Source: an uncultured cyanobacterium
GTDB taxonomy: Bacteria > Cyanobacteriota > Cyanobacteriia > Cyanobacteriales > Cyanobacteriaceae
Reading direction: 5' to 3'
Assembly: GCA_963749915.1 (NCBI GenBank)
Contig: CAVVOP010000008.1
Location: 256,001-320,000 of the forward strand
DNA: 64,000 nt
Shown: positions 10,311 through 22,527 of the stretch, piece by piece
Position numbering within the stretch: position 1 is the stretch's first letter
How the letters are laid out: every line of letters starts with the position of its first letter
Notes under the pieces: model-generated
Seen by the model: the letters and a program-made list of their open reading frames with translations, nothing else
Database searches by the model: none
What the model was told of the DNA's origin: nothing
Translations under genes and position numbers: made by a program

Positions 10311-10988
10311 TATTGGGATCAGTTACTACATGCACCGGGGAAAATTTTATCGAAAACCAATACTCCCTATAGGATTTATACTCCCTTTTGGCGTAATTGG
10401 TCACAACAAGTAAAACTCAAACCTGTCAATTCTTCTTCTCGTTTATCTCCTTTAACCGCCGAGGAATATGACATCGCCATGAATATCGGCTTGGTACCGT
10501 TACCGAGTCTTGAGGATTTGGGTTTTACATGGGATAACGAATTATTACTGACGCCAGGGGAGACTGCTGCACAGGAAAGACTAGAATATTTTTGTCGTTA
10601 TCAATTATCTGATTATAATGAGAATCGAAACTATCCTTGTATTGATAGTACATCACAATTAAGTGCGGCTATCAAATTTGGTGCCATTGGTCCTCGAACT
10701 TTATGGCAATATACACAAATAGAGTTAGAGAACTGCCGAAGTGAGGAAGCCAGAGGGAATATTATTGCATGGCAAAAGGAATTAGCATGGCGAGAATTTT
10801 ATCAACATTGTTTGTATTTTTTCCCTGAGTTAGAAAAAGGTGCTTATCGACAACAATTTAAACATTTTCCTTGGGAAAATAACGAGAAATTTTTTCAAGC
10901 ATGGTGTGAAGGAAAAACAGGTTATCCGATCGTTGATGCGGCCATGCGTCAGTTAAATGAAACAGGATGGATGCACAACCGTTGTCGT
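10311..10988 (+). pseudogene. phrB: Deoxyribodipyrimidine photolyase internal fragment
   Basis: One frame: WDQLLHAPG..YTPFWRNW..TSQLSAAIKFG..ELAWREFY..GKTGYPIVDAAMRQLNETGWMHNRCR; cut by a MITE end at 10988. Confidence 0.85.
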
Positions 10989-11299
10989 TGGCAGACCACT
11001 AGTGCTTGAACAATTTTGAAATTAGGGGTTGTGGTAGCAGGGGAGAAGGGCGGTGGGAGTTGGGAGAGAAGATTTGTGGGCTTTCATTTAGACGAAAATA
11101 ATCGTTAGGTAATTTTAGCAAAACTAATTCCTTTGAGGTTATCAGAAATAAAAACTGAAAATCTCATGAAGAGGGGAATTCAGAAAGAAATTTTATCCCA
11201 AATTTATTCCCTTCTGCCTTACCATCTTCGATGATTATATCCTCCAACCGTCAACCAAACTTCAATTTTCTAAAATCCATCAAGAGCCATTCAAATGAA

Positions 11300-13455
11300 T
11301 TAGCCTGACACAGTAGGACTGTCGTAGATAGGTAAAATAGGATCGATGATGTGGGAAAATTGAGATTGAGTTTCGAGTGGGTTATTGGCTGCTAAGACCG
11401 GCTGTGCTGCGGCGACTAATTGCAATGGCCGCATCATTTCGTGATCTTCGTGGGAGAGGATGTGGCAGTGCCAAACATAGTTTCCAGCACCAGCACCGAA
11501 GGGATCTTCTGTAAGCAAAGCCTGATCGTATTTGGCAACCATTAGAAGCCGCTCGCCTGGATTGACGATCGCCGTATCTTTGAAGCCCATCTCATAAGCT
11601 GCCGCAGGGTTTGCCTTCCCCAGCAGGGTAATATCGTTGGTATTGACTAACCCATCGCCATTGGTATCCGCAAATTTAGAGGTCAGATACGCACCCCCAC
11701 TCATCAGGGCATCTGTGCCAGTGGGATCGGGCGTAAGGGTGAATGCAATTTTCTGCCGTTCCAGAACTTGAAACTCCGTGCCATGCAGGTGAATGGGGTG
11801 GGAATCAGGTGTGGTGTTGTAAACTTCAAACAACGTGTATTCTCCTGCCACAACAGTTTCTGCAGGGGCTGCTTTAGAGAAGCCTACTCCAGGATTGTCA
11901 GGTTGATCGCCCTCAACTAATAGACCGGTGTCTGGATCTTCTGACCAAAGAAGAGAGCCTTCGTTGACCGTTCCCAAATGAGGGAAGAGACGTCCATAAT
12001 TGTCTAACCCTTCAAAAACTGCCAGGGCGTGTGCTCCTGGAGCAGTTGTCGCACCAAGATCTCCTATTGTTACCGCTCCGGTGTCTGGATTTACTATTGG
12101 ACCGGTACCTTGCCAAGTACCACCAGCATTCTTAGTCCAGACCGGAATTGTGTCAGCGATGTCGGGCCGCAAATCGACCTGCCATTGGGGTATTCCTGTA
12201 TCGGGATTAACCTCGTTAGCAACGGTGAGCGGCTGATCAACGATAAACTGCATGATTTGCCCGGTGGTTTGGGGATTATTGAAAATCGGGCGGGCCCCCG
12301 TTCCTCCCTGCTCGTTACTGAGCGTCAGGGTTTTACCGGCTTGTTTGGAAAAGTCAATAATGACGTCATAGCGTTCCCCAGGTCCCATAGTTAGATCTCG
12401 AGTGGGGACGGCAGGACCATCTAGTAGGCCATTATCGGAACCGATGACTTGAAAATCCAAACCTCTGGGTAGCTTCAAAGTATAGAAACGTGAGTCTGAC
12501 CCGTTAAGGAATCGGAAGCGATAAGCGCGCGGTTCAACATTGAGTTTTGGCCATGCTTGCCCGTTCACAACGATCACGTCGCCCCCATATTCAGCCACTA
12601 CCGTGGGGGCATGGGGTCGGCAGGGTCGCCGGGGAATGGATTTACAGTGCCGAAGGCATCCACGCCGGGAACGGCTGGTACTACTGGATTACCAGGTCCC
12701 GCTAAGGGATCGCCAGGAATCGCTGGATAGTAAAGATTCCCAGTCGTATCGAAGGTTTTATCCTGAATGACGATGGGAAATTCATAACCAACTTCGGTGC
12801 CTGTACCAAAATAGTTGACAGGTAGATCGAGAGGATTTTCATCAACACCTGGAGTCAAGGGGTCATCTGGAGTACCTGTATCTTGGTCATCGCGGATGAT
12901 GTAGAAGCCTGCAAGTCCGGCATAGACATTTAGGCGCGTAATCCCTAGGGCATGATCGTGATACCAGATGTTCGCAGGATCTTGAGCGTTGCGATAGGTA
13001 TAGATTTGTGAATCCAGGAAAGCATTGTTGGCAAAGGGATTTCCATCAGAAGAGGCGACTGTCAGACCCCCATGGACGTGAGGTTGCACGTGAACACCCC
13101 CTTCAAGACTTGGCGTAGCACCATGGGGGGTAGTATCGGCATCTAGAAGGTGAGTCTCTGGAAGCCCATTAATCCACTTGACGGAAATCGGGACATCCTT
13201 CTTCGCCACGATTGTGGGGCCTAAGTAGTTGAGACCTAGCTGATCCCAGAGCGGTGCATCGGTGCTGTGATAACCCCAGGCGGTTGTTGTGGTAAAAGCA
13301 AGCAAGCCAAAGTTATGAGTACCATCTCTCATGGTGATCTCGTAGGGGTTTACCCTCATAGAATCAGTGGCATCAATGAAAAGTCCTGGCGTGAGAAGGT
13401 TTGGTAGAGTATTTTGGAATTTAACAACTGTTTTTGGGTCTAGTTTTGTAACCAT
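11300..13455 (-). pseudogene. Multicopper oxidase (CotA/bilirubin oxidase-like), split by a 1-nt frameshift near 12605
   Basis: HVHGG, WYHDHALG, HPIHLHG, WHCHILSHEDHEMM copper motifs spread across two ORFs; GC-richer than the host. Confidence 0.85.
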
Positions 13456-14041
13456 TTTGAATTCTCCTTAACATTGATTAAATTTAAACAGGTAAATAGA
13501 CACCGGGCCCAAAAAGGAAGATGCTTCTGAGTACCTTTTTTCTTTTGAGCAAATACTATTTTTGGCATTGCTGAATCAAGATCTGAAATTTCAAGATTGA
13601 CAGACTACTAGTCACAATCGATGCCCACCCCGCGGAATGGGCGATCCCAATTCCTGATTTCACTCCATTTCCATTTTTTAGTGTTATACTTGGATGCACA
13701 GTAAAATGGAGATTTTTCAATTTACTTGTATTTTGTCGTTTGTAGTAAATGCGTAAGCATAATTCTATGATTACGTATTTTCCTTTAAGTTTATTCCATA
13801 TATTGAATTTGCTTTATATTTTAGCTCATTTAGCTCAAGATTTATAACAATTCCTTATGATCAACTCTATTCTTAAAAAAAATAAGTATTTCTAAATAAT
13901 TCTTTACACAATCTTTATCTAAATTTCACTAAATAGTTAAGTATTTTTACTAGGGAATTATTGTTACTGGGCAGGATAGTATTTACTGTTGGGTAAATAT
14001 TTAATTGTAAGTTTTAACAATACAATAATACCAAATAATTA

Positions 14042-15121
14042 TTAGTCGTCCATTTGCCAAGGTTGGGCTAAATTATCTTCATCGAGGATTTTTTTCGGTC
14101 TTAAAATCAATAATAATTGACCTAAAATTTTACAATTGGGAGTGGATTCAAACCAGTTAAATTTTAATTTTTCGTCTTCTTCCACTAACCAATAATGATT
14201 AACACTCCATTCTTTAACCCCCAAGTCAACGACTGTTAATAATTCCTCAGATTTAGTGCTAGTTTCCTTGGGTAAGTCTTCAGTGCGACAAAAAATTACG
14301 GTGGGATGTTGTGCTTTTAAAATTACCTGCCACCGAGGAATACAAACGACCTCAGTATCTTCCTTAATCTTAATTAAGCCATAGGGTTCGATCAATTCAA
14401 AAATTGGTATATTTTCCAAATCTGGAGATGTTAGGGGAAATCTGCCAGCGATGGGCAACAGACAAGGTAATTCTTCTTCCGTTTCCAAACGGTATATAGG
14501 AAATAAAGGGGCGTTTTGTTTTGGGGTAGATGTAGCCGCTTCTGTTAATAATTGCTCAATTTGTTGTCTAGCCGTGGTGGAATGGGCAAATTTTAATCCT
14601 TCTGCTATCAAACGAGCTTTATCGGCTAAAGTTTTTTTCTGACGGGCATTTTTCCAATGTTGATAAGCTACAGCATCCCCTGGGTGAAGAGTAAAACCTG
14701 TTGGCGGTTGAGAAAGATGGGAAAAGTATTTCACGGCCTTAGCGATTTCTTTGGCACCATCTACGTCTAAGTGTTTTTCTTTGGCTAAAATAGCAGCGGA
14801 AAGTCTTTCTTGATGATTTAAAATCCTTAACTCATATAATACATCGCTGCGAGGACCACGATAATAAGTTAATAAATCTTCTTGTGCATCACCCTTAATT
14901 AAACTATCGTAAACTTGAGCAGCAACGATGACTAAATTTTGTTGGCTAGTTTGTAATCCTGTGCCTTCAAATATTTCCTGACTATTAACTCCTCCCTGTT
15001 GCAGTTTTTGACAGGCTTTTCCCCAATCTACCCAAGACCCTTCTTTATGTAATAATGATGTCATAATATTTTCTTTTTCTTCTGGGGTGAGGGGATTATT
15101 ATTAGTCTTATTTTCTGTCAT
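14042..15121 (-). CDS. raf1: RuBisCO accumulation factor 1
   Basis: KEGSWVDWGKAC, QQNLVIVAAQVY, SDVLYELRIL, LRPKKILDE, C-terminal PWQMDD. Confidence 0.92.
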   Translation of the reverse strand: MTENKTNNNPLTPEEKENIMTSLLHKEGSWVDWGKACQKLQQGGVNSQEIFEGTGLQTSQQNLVIVAAQVYDSLIKGDAQEDLLTYYRGPRSDVLYELRILNHQERLSAAILAKEKHLDVDGAKEIAKAVKYFSHLSQPPTGFTLHPGDAVAYQHWKNARQKKTLADKARLIAEGLKFAHSTTARQQIEQLLTEAATSTPKQNAPLFPIYRLETEEELPCLLPIAGRFPLTSPDLENIPIFELIEPYGLIKIKEDTEVVCIPRWQVILKAQHPTVIFCRTEDLPKETSTKSEELLTVVDLGVKEWSVNHYWLVEEDEKLKFNWFESTPNCKILGQLLLILRPKKILDEDNLAQPWQMDD

Positions 15122-15286
15122 CGCTTGATCATGATTGGGATTTATATTGATTAATCTAAGGTCATTATAGATGACAACGGTTAATGTAGGGGGTATTAGC
15201 GAAATTTATCTTACACTCTCAATGAACGGTAATTTATTAGTTTTAGGGATGGGGTGTATGAATTATCGAAACCCCCGAAGAAAATG

Positions 15287-15928
15287 TTACATCGTTAATT
15301 GTTGATGTTGACTCCATCTCTGACGATAAATTACTTCTAAATCACTTCCAGCTTTCCTAAAAATACGCACTTGATTAAACCAAAAAGCCTGAAATAATCT
15401 ATAAAAAATCACGCTAATAATAGCGATAATTAAGCCCACTGCGGTGGAAATTAAAGATTCCCCTATACCTTGAGTAACTCCTGAAGTAGAGGCCGTGCCT
15501 AAATCGCTGAGAGAAATTGAACCGAGGGATCTAATTAACCCCAATACGGTACCTAATAATCCTAAAAGGGGAGATAAGGCAATAACACCCTCCAAAATTT
15601 TATCACCTTTCCGCATTAAGGCTAACTCGTCATCAGCTCCTGTTTCTAAGGCTAAATGGAATACTTCTGGATCGGGATTGTCTAATTGTAAGGGGGTATT
15701 TAAGAATTTACCTAGTGGGTGGTTACGGTATCTTGAGGTAATTTCTCCTGCTTTTGCCCAATTAGTTGTCGCCGCATCCATTATACTGTTCAAAATTTGT
15801 TCTTCTTTGATGAGTACTTTTGACCAAAAGAAAATACGTTCTATAGTAGTACCCAAGGCAAGGATTGATAAGAATAAGAGAGGCCAAATCGCTACACCAC
15901 CTTTCTCAATTAATTCTGCTAAAGTCAT
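15287..15928 (-). CDS. MotA/TolQ/ExbB proton channel family protein
   Basis: [36 protein letters not shown]. Confidence 0.9.
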   Translation of the reverse strand: MTLAELIEKGGVAIWPLLFLSILALGTTIERIFFWSKVLIKEEQILNSIMDAATTNWAKAGEITSRYRNHPLGKFLNTPLQLDNPDPEVFHLALETGADDELALMRKGDKILEGVIALSPLLGLLGTVLGLIRSLGSISLSDLGTASTSGVTQGIGESLISTAVGLIIAIISVIFYRLFQAFWFNQVRIFRKAGSDLEVIYRQRWSQHQQLTM

Positions 15929-16141
15929 TGATTTTTATTCCTCTATCTTAATATTAATTTTCATTAACCAATTATCTTGTAAGAATTGACAATTGACAAT
16001 TGACAGTTAATTTTCCCTTGCTTATTATCCAATAGACTTCTCCAGACAAGATTATTTTGGCACGGTGGAATGATTCTTTCAGTCCTATTTTTTCAATTAT
16101 GGGAGAGGACTAACGCCTCTATTGCTTTGATTGAGCAAAGT

Positions 16142-16642
16142 TTATTGATTTTCTTGCCAGTAATAATAGAGTAAGTAGTATAATTTTACAACTTCTTCAT
16201 CATTCATTTGTCTATTATTAATATTGAATAAAAAAGATTCCATAAAAGATACAATCCACGCTAATTCCTGTTTCGGGACAAAATTCTCTAATTCTAAAAG
16301 GGTTTCTTTCGCTTCTTGTATGACGTCATTCTGTTCTTGTTCAATGGGAGTAGAACGTTTAAGAGGATCTCTTTCAACGGCGGCAAAAGCTTGAGAAACT
16401 GCTTGAGCAATTTTACGTCTTAAGACACTGTCTTGTTTCAGTTTTCTTCGTTGTCTTTCGATGCCTTCTAAAGACGAGGCGTAAAGGTTAGGGAGACGAT
16501 TTAGAGCAAAAGTTGCCACCTCCAATAAATTCAAATAGCCTTTGATATTACCTAAAGTTTGATTATTGGTTAATTGATGCTGGATTTCATCATCGACGAA
16601 AATTTCCATAACATTTTTATAGGTTTTTTGTTCTTGTGGCAT
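16142..16642 (-). CDS. ComFB family protein
   Basis: YKNVMEIFVDDEI, EVATFALNRLPNLYASS, VERDPLKRSTP. Confidence 0.8.
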   Translation of the reverse strand: MPQEQKTYKNVMEIFVDDEIQHQLTNNQTLGNIKGYLNLLEVATFALNRLPNLYASSLEGIERQRRKLKQDSVLRRKIAQAVSQAFAAVERDPLKRSTPIEQEQNDVIQEAKETLLELENFVPKQELAWIVSFMESFLFNINNRQMNDEEVVKLYYLLYYYWQENQ

Positions 16643-16739
16643 AGTAATATCTATTTTTTCTTATACTACTTAAATGTATTTGAAATGCAGTTTAATTATT
16701 AATTAATAATTGTTGCTGTTTATGGCTTCTATTTTTTAA

Positions 16740-18542
16740 TTATGAATTATTCTTAAGTTTATCTGACAAAATTTTCGCTACTTCTTCTATGGCCAGATCT
16801 CGAGATTCTTTTGTGGCCCTAGTCACTAATTCTACCTTCCCCTCTTTTAAAGATCTTCCCGTCACAATGCGATAGGGAATCCCGATTAAATCCGCATCTT
16901 TAAATTTTACCCCCGCTCGTTCGTCTCTGTCATCTAACAAGGCTTCAATTCCTGCTTGATTCAATTCTTGATAGAGTTTTTCGGCGACTTTTACTTGTGC
17001 TTCATCCTTGATGTTGGGTACAACCACGGTAACATGATAGGGTGCGATGGCGTTGGGCCAGATAATACCATCTTTATCGTAGGATTGTTCCACTGCCGCC
17101 TGTGCTAAACGGGATACTCCAATACCATAACATCCCATCACAAAGGGCTTTTCTGTGCCGTCTTCCGCAGTATAAGTTGCACCCATAGCCTCAGAATATT
17201 TTGTTCCTAATTGGAAAATATGCCCGACTTCAATCCCCCTGGTGATTTGTAATATTTGACTAGGATCATGAATTGCACGATCGCCAACTTGAGCCTTACG
17301 AATATCAACGATTAACTTAGGTAACGTGAACTCTTGTCCCCAATTTGCCCCTACCACATGATAACCTGACTCATTGCTCCCCGTCACGAAATTTTCAAGA
17401 TCGATCACTGTTTGATCTGCCATTCTTAAAAAAGTACTCTCAACTTGCCCTGACTTTGCAATATAATCATCCCTTAAATTGGGAGCGATATAGCCTAAAG
17501 GTAAAGGTTTCGCCGCCCATTTTTGTTGAGCATTTTGATCTGGTACTGTTAAACTAAGAATAGTTTGAGCTTTATAATTAGGGGCTAATTTTAGCAACTC
17601 ATTTTGTAATTTGACTTCGTTAACTTCTTGATCCCCTCTAATATTTACTAGAATTAATACTATTTTCTCTGAATCATAGATAGCCTGATATAAAATATTT
17701 TTAACAATATTAGTCGCCGAACATTGCAAAAATCCTGTTACTTTAGCAATAGTTTCAGCATTGGGAGTCGCTTTTTTTTCATAACTATTAAAAGGAGATT
17801 GAATGACATCCCCAGGCAGTGAAACCGCTTTTTCGACGTTTGCCGCATATTTGCCATCTTCAGTATAGACAATATCATCTTCTCCAGCATCCGCCAATAC
17901 CATAAACTCCTGAGATCCAGATCCCCCAATGGCCCCAGAATCGGCTTCTACCGCTCGAAAACTTAAGCCACATCGACTTAAAATGTTACGGTAGGCCTGA
18001 TCCATATCCTGATATGTTTGTTTTAAGCTGTCAGTGTCTGTGTGGAAAGAATAACCATCTTTCATGATAAATTCCCTACCGCGCATCAAGCCGAAACGAG
18101 GACGAATTTCGTCTCGGAATTTGGTTTGAATTTGATATAAATGTAAAGGTAATTGACGGTATGACTTAACCATATCTTTAGCGATGACAGTAATTACTTC
18201 CTCATGGGTAGGACCTAAACCTAACTCTCTTTGTTGACGATCTACTAAAGAAAACATGATACCTTCAGCTTTAGTATAAGTCTCCCAACGCCCCGATTCT
18301 TGCCATAACTCCGCCGGTTGAATTTGGGGTAATAAACACTCTTGTGCCCCCGTTGCATTCATTTCTTCTCGTACAATTTGTGACACTTTTTGTAAAACAC
18401 GCCACATCAGGGGAAGATAAGCATAAATACCACTGCCAATTCTCCGAATATAACCTGCTCGTAATAATAACTTATGACTCTTAATTTCTGCCTCTGCGGG
18501 ATCTTCACGCAAAGTTACTGATAACATTTGGGATAAACGCAT
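16740..18542 (-). CDS. proS: Proline--tRNA ligase
   Basis: [48 protein letters not shown]. Confidence 0.97.
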   Translation of the reverse strand: MRLSQMLSVTLREDPAEAEIKSHKLLLRAGYIRRIGSGIYAYLPLMWRVLQKVSQIVREEMNATGAQECLLPQIQPAELWQESGRWETYTKAEGIMFSLVDRQQRELGLGPTHEEVITVIAKDMVKSYRQLPLHLYQIQTKFRDEIRPRFGLMRGREFIMKDGYSFHTDTDSLKQTYQDMDQAYRNILSRCGLSFRAVEADSGAIGGSGSQEFMVLADAGEDDIVYTEDGKYAANVEKAVSLPGDVIQSPFNSYEKKATPNAETIAKVTGFLQCSATNIVKNILYQAIYDSEKIVLILVNIRGDQEVNEVKLQNELLKLAPNYKAQTILSLTVPDQNAQQKWAAKPLPLGYIAPNLRDDYIAKSGQVESTFLRMADQTVIDLENFVTGSNESGYHVVGANWGQEFTLPKLIVDIRKAQVGDRAIHDPSQILQITRGIEVGHIFQLGTKYSEAMGATYTAEDGTEKPFVMGCYGIGVSRLAQAAVEQSYDKDGIIWPNAIAPYHVTVVVPNIKDEAQVKVAEKLYQELNQAGIEALLDDRDERAGVKFKDADLIGIPYRIVTGRSLKEGKVELVTRATKESRDLAIEEVAKILSDKLKNNS

Positions 18543-18836
18543 AATCTAATTTCAGATAAGCTGACAACCTCACATTATATCGAGAAAGGGTGAGGGTATT
18601 CCGTCAAAGGTAGAGTTTAAATTATCTTATTTTATTTTATTTTATTTTTTATGTTCAAATCAAGAATTTAACTAGTCTTATCTATCAACCTTAATTGAAT
18701 TTAGTTTTAATGACTTTTTGTTATAAATTTGCTAAAATAAATTTGCAACAAAACTTATTTAATAAATAAATTAAACTTCCTTAATCTTCAAGTAAACCTT
18801 TAAACTCTTGATAAAGATAATCATTAAAAACTAAAT

Positions 18837-20066
18837 ATGTTAAGAAAAATACGCCATTTTATAGATTTATTTTTTACCAAATCAAGAAACATTAATAATG
18901 AGCCGATTAATAAAGTAAGTTTAACGGTTATTATTGTCATTGATCTGTTTATTCTTTTTAATGTTTTTGCAGGATTAGATGATATTAGTCGATGGCATTT
19001 AAGTCCCTCTCAAGCCTACCCTTGTTATGATCAATGGCAAAGTTATCAAGAAGAGACAATAGGCGATCGGGATTTTTCCATAGTAAGTGATGCCTTAAAT
19101 AAAGAAAAAATTTCTACACAAATCTACCAACTATCTGAAAAGGCCCATTTAGGAAAAGTATCTCCTATCTGTATTAATTTTGTCAGTCTTCAAGATAAGA
19201 TAAATCAACCAAATAATAAACTAATTTTTACTACCATAGGGGATAAACAAAAACAAATTGCATCCTTAGAAGAAAAAAACCGAACTATTCGTCGTCAATA
19301 TGACTCTAGTTTATTGGAAAAAATTGCTGGACAACCAAGTAATTTATCCATTAATGAAGTTGAAGCCCAAAAAGCAAAACAGGAATTAGATAAAAATAAC
19401 CTTAATATAACCAATCTTAGAAGAGAAATTGAGGAATTAAAACAACAATTATTAGACACTCCTGAAAGCATTGAGTTTCTTTCCTTATTCAATTCCCAGG
19501 TAAAATTTGAGGAAGTAAAACAAGGTTATCAAAACGCAGTATTTTGGTATCCGACTATTCAAATTATTTTTCAACTTATCTTTTTATTACCCCTAATATT
19601 TATTAGTTTATTTGTTCATAAATTTGCAATAGAAGGGGGCCATGGGCTAATTTCTTTGATGAGTTGGCATTTATTAGTAATCTTTTTTATTCCGTTGCTG
19701 ATAAAAGTATTTGAGTTTTTACAAGTAGGAGTAATTTTTGAATTTCTCTTCGATATTATTACCGTTATTTTTGGCGGATTACTATTTTTAATCAATTATT
19801 TATATATTTTTATTATTCCCGTCATTGGTTTTGGAATCATTAAATTTTTTCAGAAAGTTGTTTTTAATACAAAAACCCAAGCTGGTAAAAGAGTTGAAAA
19901 ATCTCGTTGTTTAAATTGTGGGAAAAAAATCCACGGCGGCCATCTTCATTGCCCCCATTGCGGTTATAGTCAATATATAGAATGCCATAATTGTCATAAT
20001 TTGACTTATAAATTTATGCCATATTGTCGTGACTGTGGTACACCACAAAGTGTTATTGAAAATTAA
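18837..20066 (+). CDS. Membrane protein with coiled coil and C-terminal double zinc ribbon
   Basis: TM segments, coiled coil, four CxxC pairs at the C-terminus. Confidence 0.75.
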   Translation: MLRKIRHFIDLFFTKSRNINNEPINKVSLTVIIVIDLFILFNVFAGLDDISRWHLSPSQAYPCYDQWQSYQEETIGDRDFSIVSDALNKEKISTQIYQLSEKAHLGKVSPICINFVSLQDKINQPNNKLIFTTIGDKQKQIASLEEKNRTIRRQYDSSLLEKIAGQPSNLSINEVEAQKAKQELDKNNLNITNLRREIEELKQQLLDTPESIEFLSLFNSQVKFEEVKQGYQNAVFWYPTIQIIFQLIFLLPLIFISLFVHKFAIEGGHGLISLMSWHLLVIFFIPLLIKVFEFLQVGVIFEFLFDIITVIFGGLLFLINYLYIFIIPVIGFGIIKFFQKVVFNTKTQAGKRVEKSRCLNCGKKIHGGHLHCPHCGYSQYIECHNCHNLTYKFMPYCRDCGTPQSVIEN

Positions 20067-20101
20067 CCATCGCCACCGAATCCAAAATTATATGGATTTT
20101 G

Positions 20102-20839
20102 TCAACATATGTTTATCTGTGCTAAATCAGAAATAACTACATCGGCGGTTTCTAAATGGGGTGCTTCAGGATATTTCCAACAAATACCGATAACCCCTGC
20201 TGCTTGGGCATTTTTTGCCATGACAATGTCTCCCTGAGAATCTCCTATCATCAAGGTATGTTGTGGTTTTACTGCCATTTTGGAACAAATCTGTAGGTAT
20301 AAACGAGGATCAGGTTTAGATAAACTACTATCAACCCCCATAATTAAGTCAATATAAGCCGTTAATTGGTGATTTTCGACAAATTCTCTGACTCCTTCGG
20401 TGGTATCTGCAGATAAAATCGCTACTTTTAATCCTTCTTGCTTCAGGGTTTGTAAAACTTCAAGACTTCCTGTAAATAACGGGGATGTGTTGCCTCGACT
20501 GGGAAAGAATTTTTCGGCATTACGAAAACATCAATCGGCAATTGCCAAGGATTCAAACCAACTCCTTCCCGTTTCAGCGATGTAACCTGCAGATACAATT
20601 TGATTTTCCCGGTTACTGCCAACTGCCATCAAACCAGTGGGATTAAGATAGTCATTTTCGATGCCAAAAGCCATTATTAAAGGCTCATAAATACCAGGTA
20701 TTTGTGCATCAATTAATCTTGCCCTTTTAAAGGCTAATTCTCGCAAAAAATTTTCTGAGTCAGCGAGTGTACCATCTTTGTCAAATATAATAGCTTCGAT
20801 ATTTTCAAAGGATTTTTTTTTACAGATAATAGTTTTCAT
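20102..20839 (-). pseudogene. HAD-superfamily hydrolase interrupted by an in-frame TGA
   Basis: IFDKDGTL, ILSAD, KPDP, MIGDSQGD all in one frame; single stop at 20531..20533. Confidence 0.85.
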
Positions 20840-20939
20840 AATAGTTATGTCACAAGGGTTTCTAATCTAGCTAACACTTCCTCAATCAAAGATTCTGAGG
20901 CTTTTTCCTTAATAAATAAACTGTTAACTCGAACTAATG

Positions 20940-22442
20940 TTAAATACTTAGCCACTGTGCAAGGGTTGGCGGTAAGGGTAATAAGATCGCAATTAATAAT
21001 GTTAACGCTAATAGCCCTAAAAAGTCTCTTCCATTATCTAATTCGGTGACATCATTTAAGGCTGGTTGATCTGTCACTGGCATAAATATTAAAATTATTG
21101 CCCATAATAAAAACTCCCCTCGTCCTAGGGCTAAAATAATGACTAGAAGACGGGTTATTTGTCCGATGACGATTGCTTTTCCTTGACCAAACATAGCATG
21201 AACTATATGTCCTCCGTCTAATTGTCCCACAGGCATTAAGTTTAAGGCGGTGATAATTAACCCAATATAACCAGCAACGGCGACAGGATGTAATGCGATC
21301 GCTTGATCTGCTACTAATTTACTACCTAAGACAATTTTACTGACAACGGAGAATAAGAGGGAAAAACGAGGATCTAATGCTTCAAAGTTTAACATATTTA
21401 CTCGATCAGGCATTGGCACTACGTTAGAATAGGCTAAACCCCATATTAATACTGGTATAGTTACTAAAAAACCCCCTAAAGGGCCAGCGATCGCCACATC
21501 AAAAACTGCTTTGCGATCAGGCATAGGAGATTTAATGGAGATAAAAGCACCAAAAGTTCCTAAAAAGAAGGGAATGGGGATGAAATAGGGTAAAGTTGTG
21601 CGAATGTGATAATAAACGGCAAAAAGATAATGACTTAATTCATGAACCCCTAAAATGGCTATCAAGCATAAGCTATAAGGTAATCCCTGCAAAATTAATT
21701 CAGGATGAGTTTCCAACTCCGATACTTGCATACCGCTAATCTCCGCACCGATGATGGTAGTAGTCAAAATGGTTAATAATAATAAAGCTAAAGCTATTCC
21801 GGGACGAGTTAATTTTTCTTGCGGTTGCTTTAGTTTAGCCTTCTCAGAATAAGGATTGGGTACTAATGCAAAAAAAGGTTGTCCCTGTAAGGTTTCTTGA
21901 AAGATGATTAAAAAGCGATCCTGAAAAACTTTTTCTAAATTATTTTTAATGGTTACATAGGCTTTTTCCGGGGCACTCATCAATTTTCCCGAACAAAGAA
22001 TGGCCTGGGGTAAATAGTCTATTTTCTGTAGATAATACACTCCCCAAGGGAAACAATCTCGTAAGGCTTTTTCTTCTTCTGCATTGATAGGGTGAGGCAC
22101 TTTATTTTTACCATTATCTGTTGATTCTGATTCATCAACGAGTTTTTCTAACTTTTCAATGGGTGTAGGGGATTGATTATCGGATTCTTTTTGCGGTATT
22201 CTCCCGATTTCAATTAACCAGATATACAATATGGGAGAAAGAAGTAACGGAATAATTATTAAAATCGGTGGCATGGAATTTTGACTAGGATTAATTAGAT
22301 ACCATCCTGCCCAAATTAAAGGGGGACTCATTAAGGCTAACCAGAGTAACCAAATGGGCGTTTTCGTGATTTTTCCTATATTTCGTTTAATTACTATGTA
22401 ACTAATAGTACTGAGCAAGAGAAAAAGAATAATTAATTCCAT
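20940..22442 (-). CDS. Site-2 protease family (M50) membrane metalloprotease
   Basis: HELSH, IAGPL, LNLMPVGQLDGGH. Confidence 0.9.
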   Translation of the reverse strand: MELIILFLLLSTISYIVIKRNIGKITKTPIWLLWLALMSPPLIWAGWYLINPSQNSMPPILIIIPLLLSPILYIWLIEIGRIPQKESDNQSPTPIEKLEKLVDESESTDNGKNKVPHPINAEEEKALRDCFPWGVYYLQKIDYLPQAILCSGKLMSAPEKAYVTIKNNLEKVFQDRFLIIFQETLQGQPFFALVPNPYSEKAKLKQPQEKLTRPGIALALLLLTILTTTIIGAEISGMQVSELETHPELILQGLPYSLCLIAILGVHELSHYLFAVYYHIRTTLPYFIPIPFFLGTFGAFISIKSPMPDRKAVFDVAIAGPLGGFLVTIPVLIWGLAYSNVVPMPDRVNMLNFEALDPRFSLLFSVVSKIVLGSKLVADQAIALHPVAVAGYIGLIITALNLMPVGQLDGGHIVHAMFGQGKAIVIGQITRLLVIILALGRGEFLLWAIILIFMPVTDQPALNDVTELDNGRDFLGLLALTLLIAILLPLPPTLAQWLSI

Positions 22443-22527
22443 GTTTATTTATAATGGTAAGGCTGTTCGCTATTTTTTGAGGATTATCTTGAAAAAAAGA
22501 AGATAGTAAATAACCAATAATTAAAAA

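Noticed and set aside
12598..12612. Programmed frameshift or phase variation in the multicopper oxidase
   Set aside because: A run of five C is short and there is no canonical slippery heptamer; mutation or sequencing error is more parsimonious
15495..15989. Antisense and overlapping ORFs such as 15495..15989, 44410..44724 and 61926..62357
   Set aside because: They are shadows of well-supported genes on the opposite strand and have no motifs of their own
20531..20533. TGA as selenocysteine or programmed readthrough
   Set aside because: The position is non-catalytic, no SECIS-like hairpin is evident, and a simple CGA to TGA change explains it
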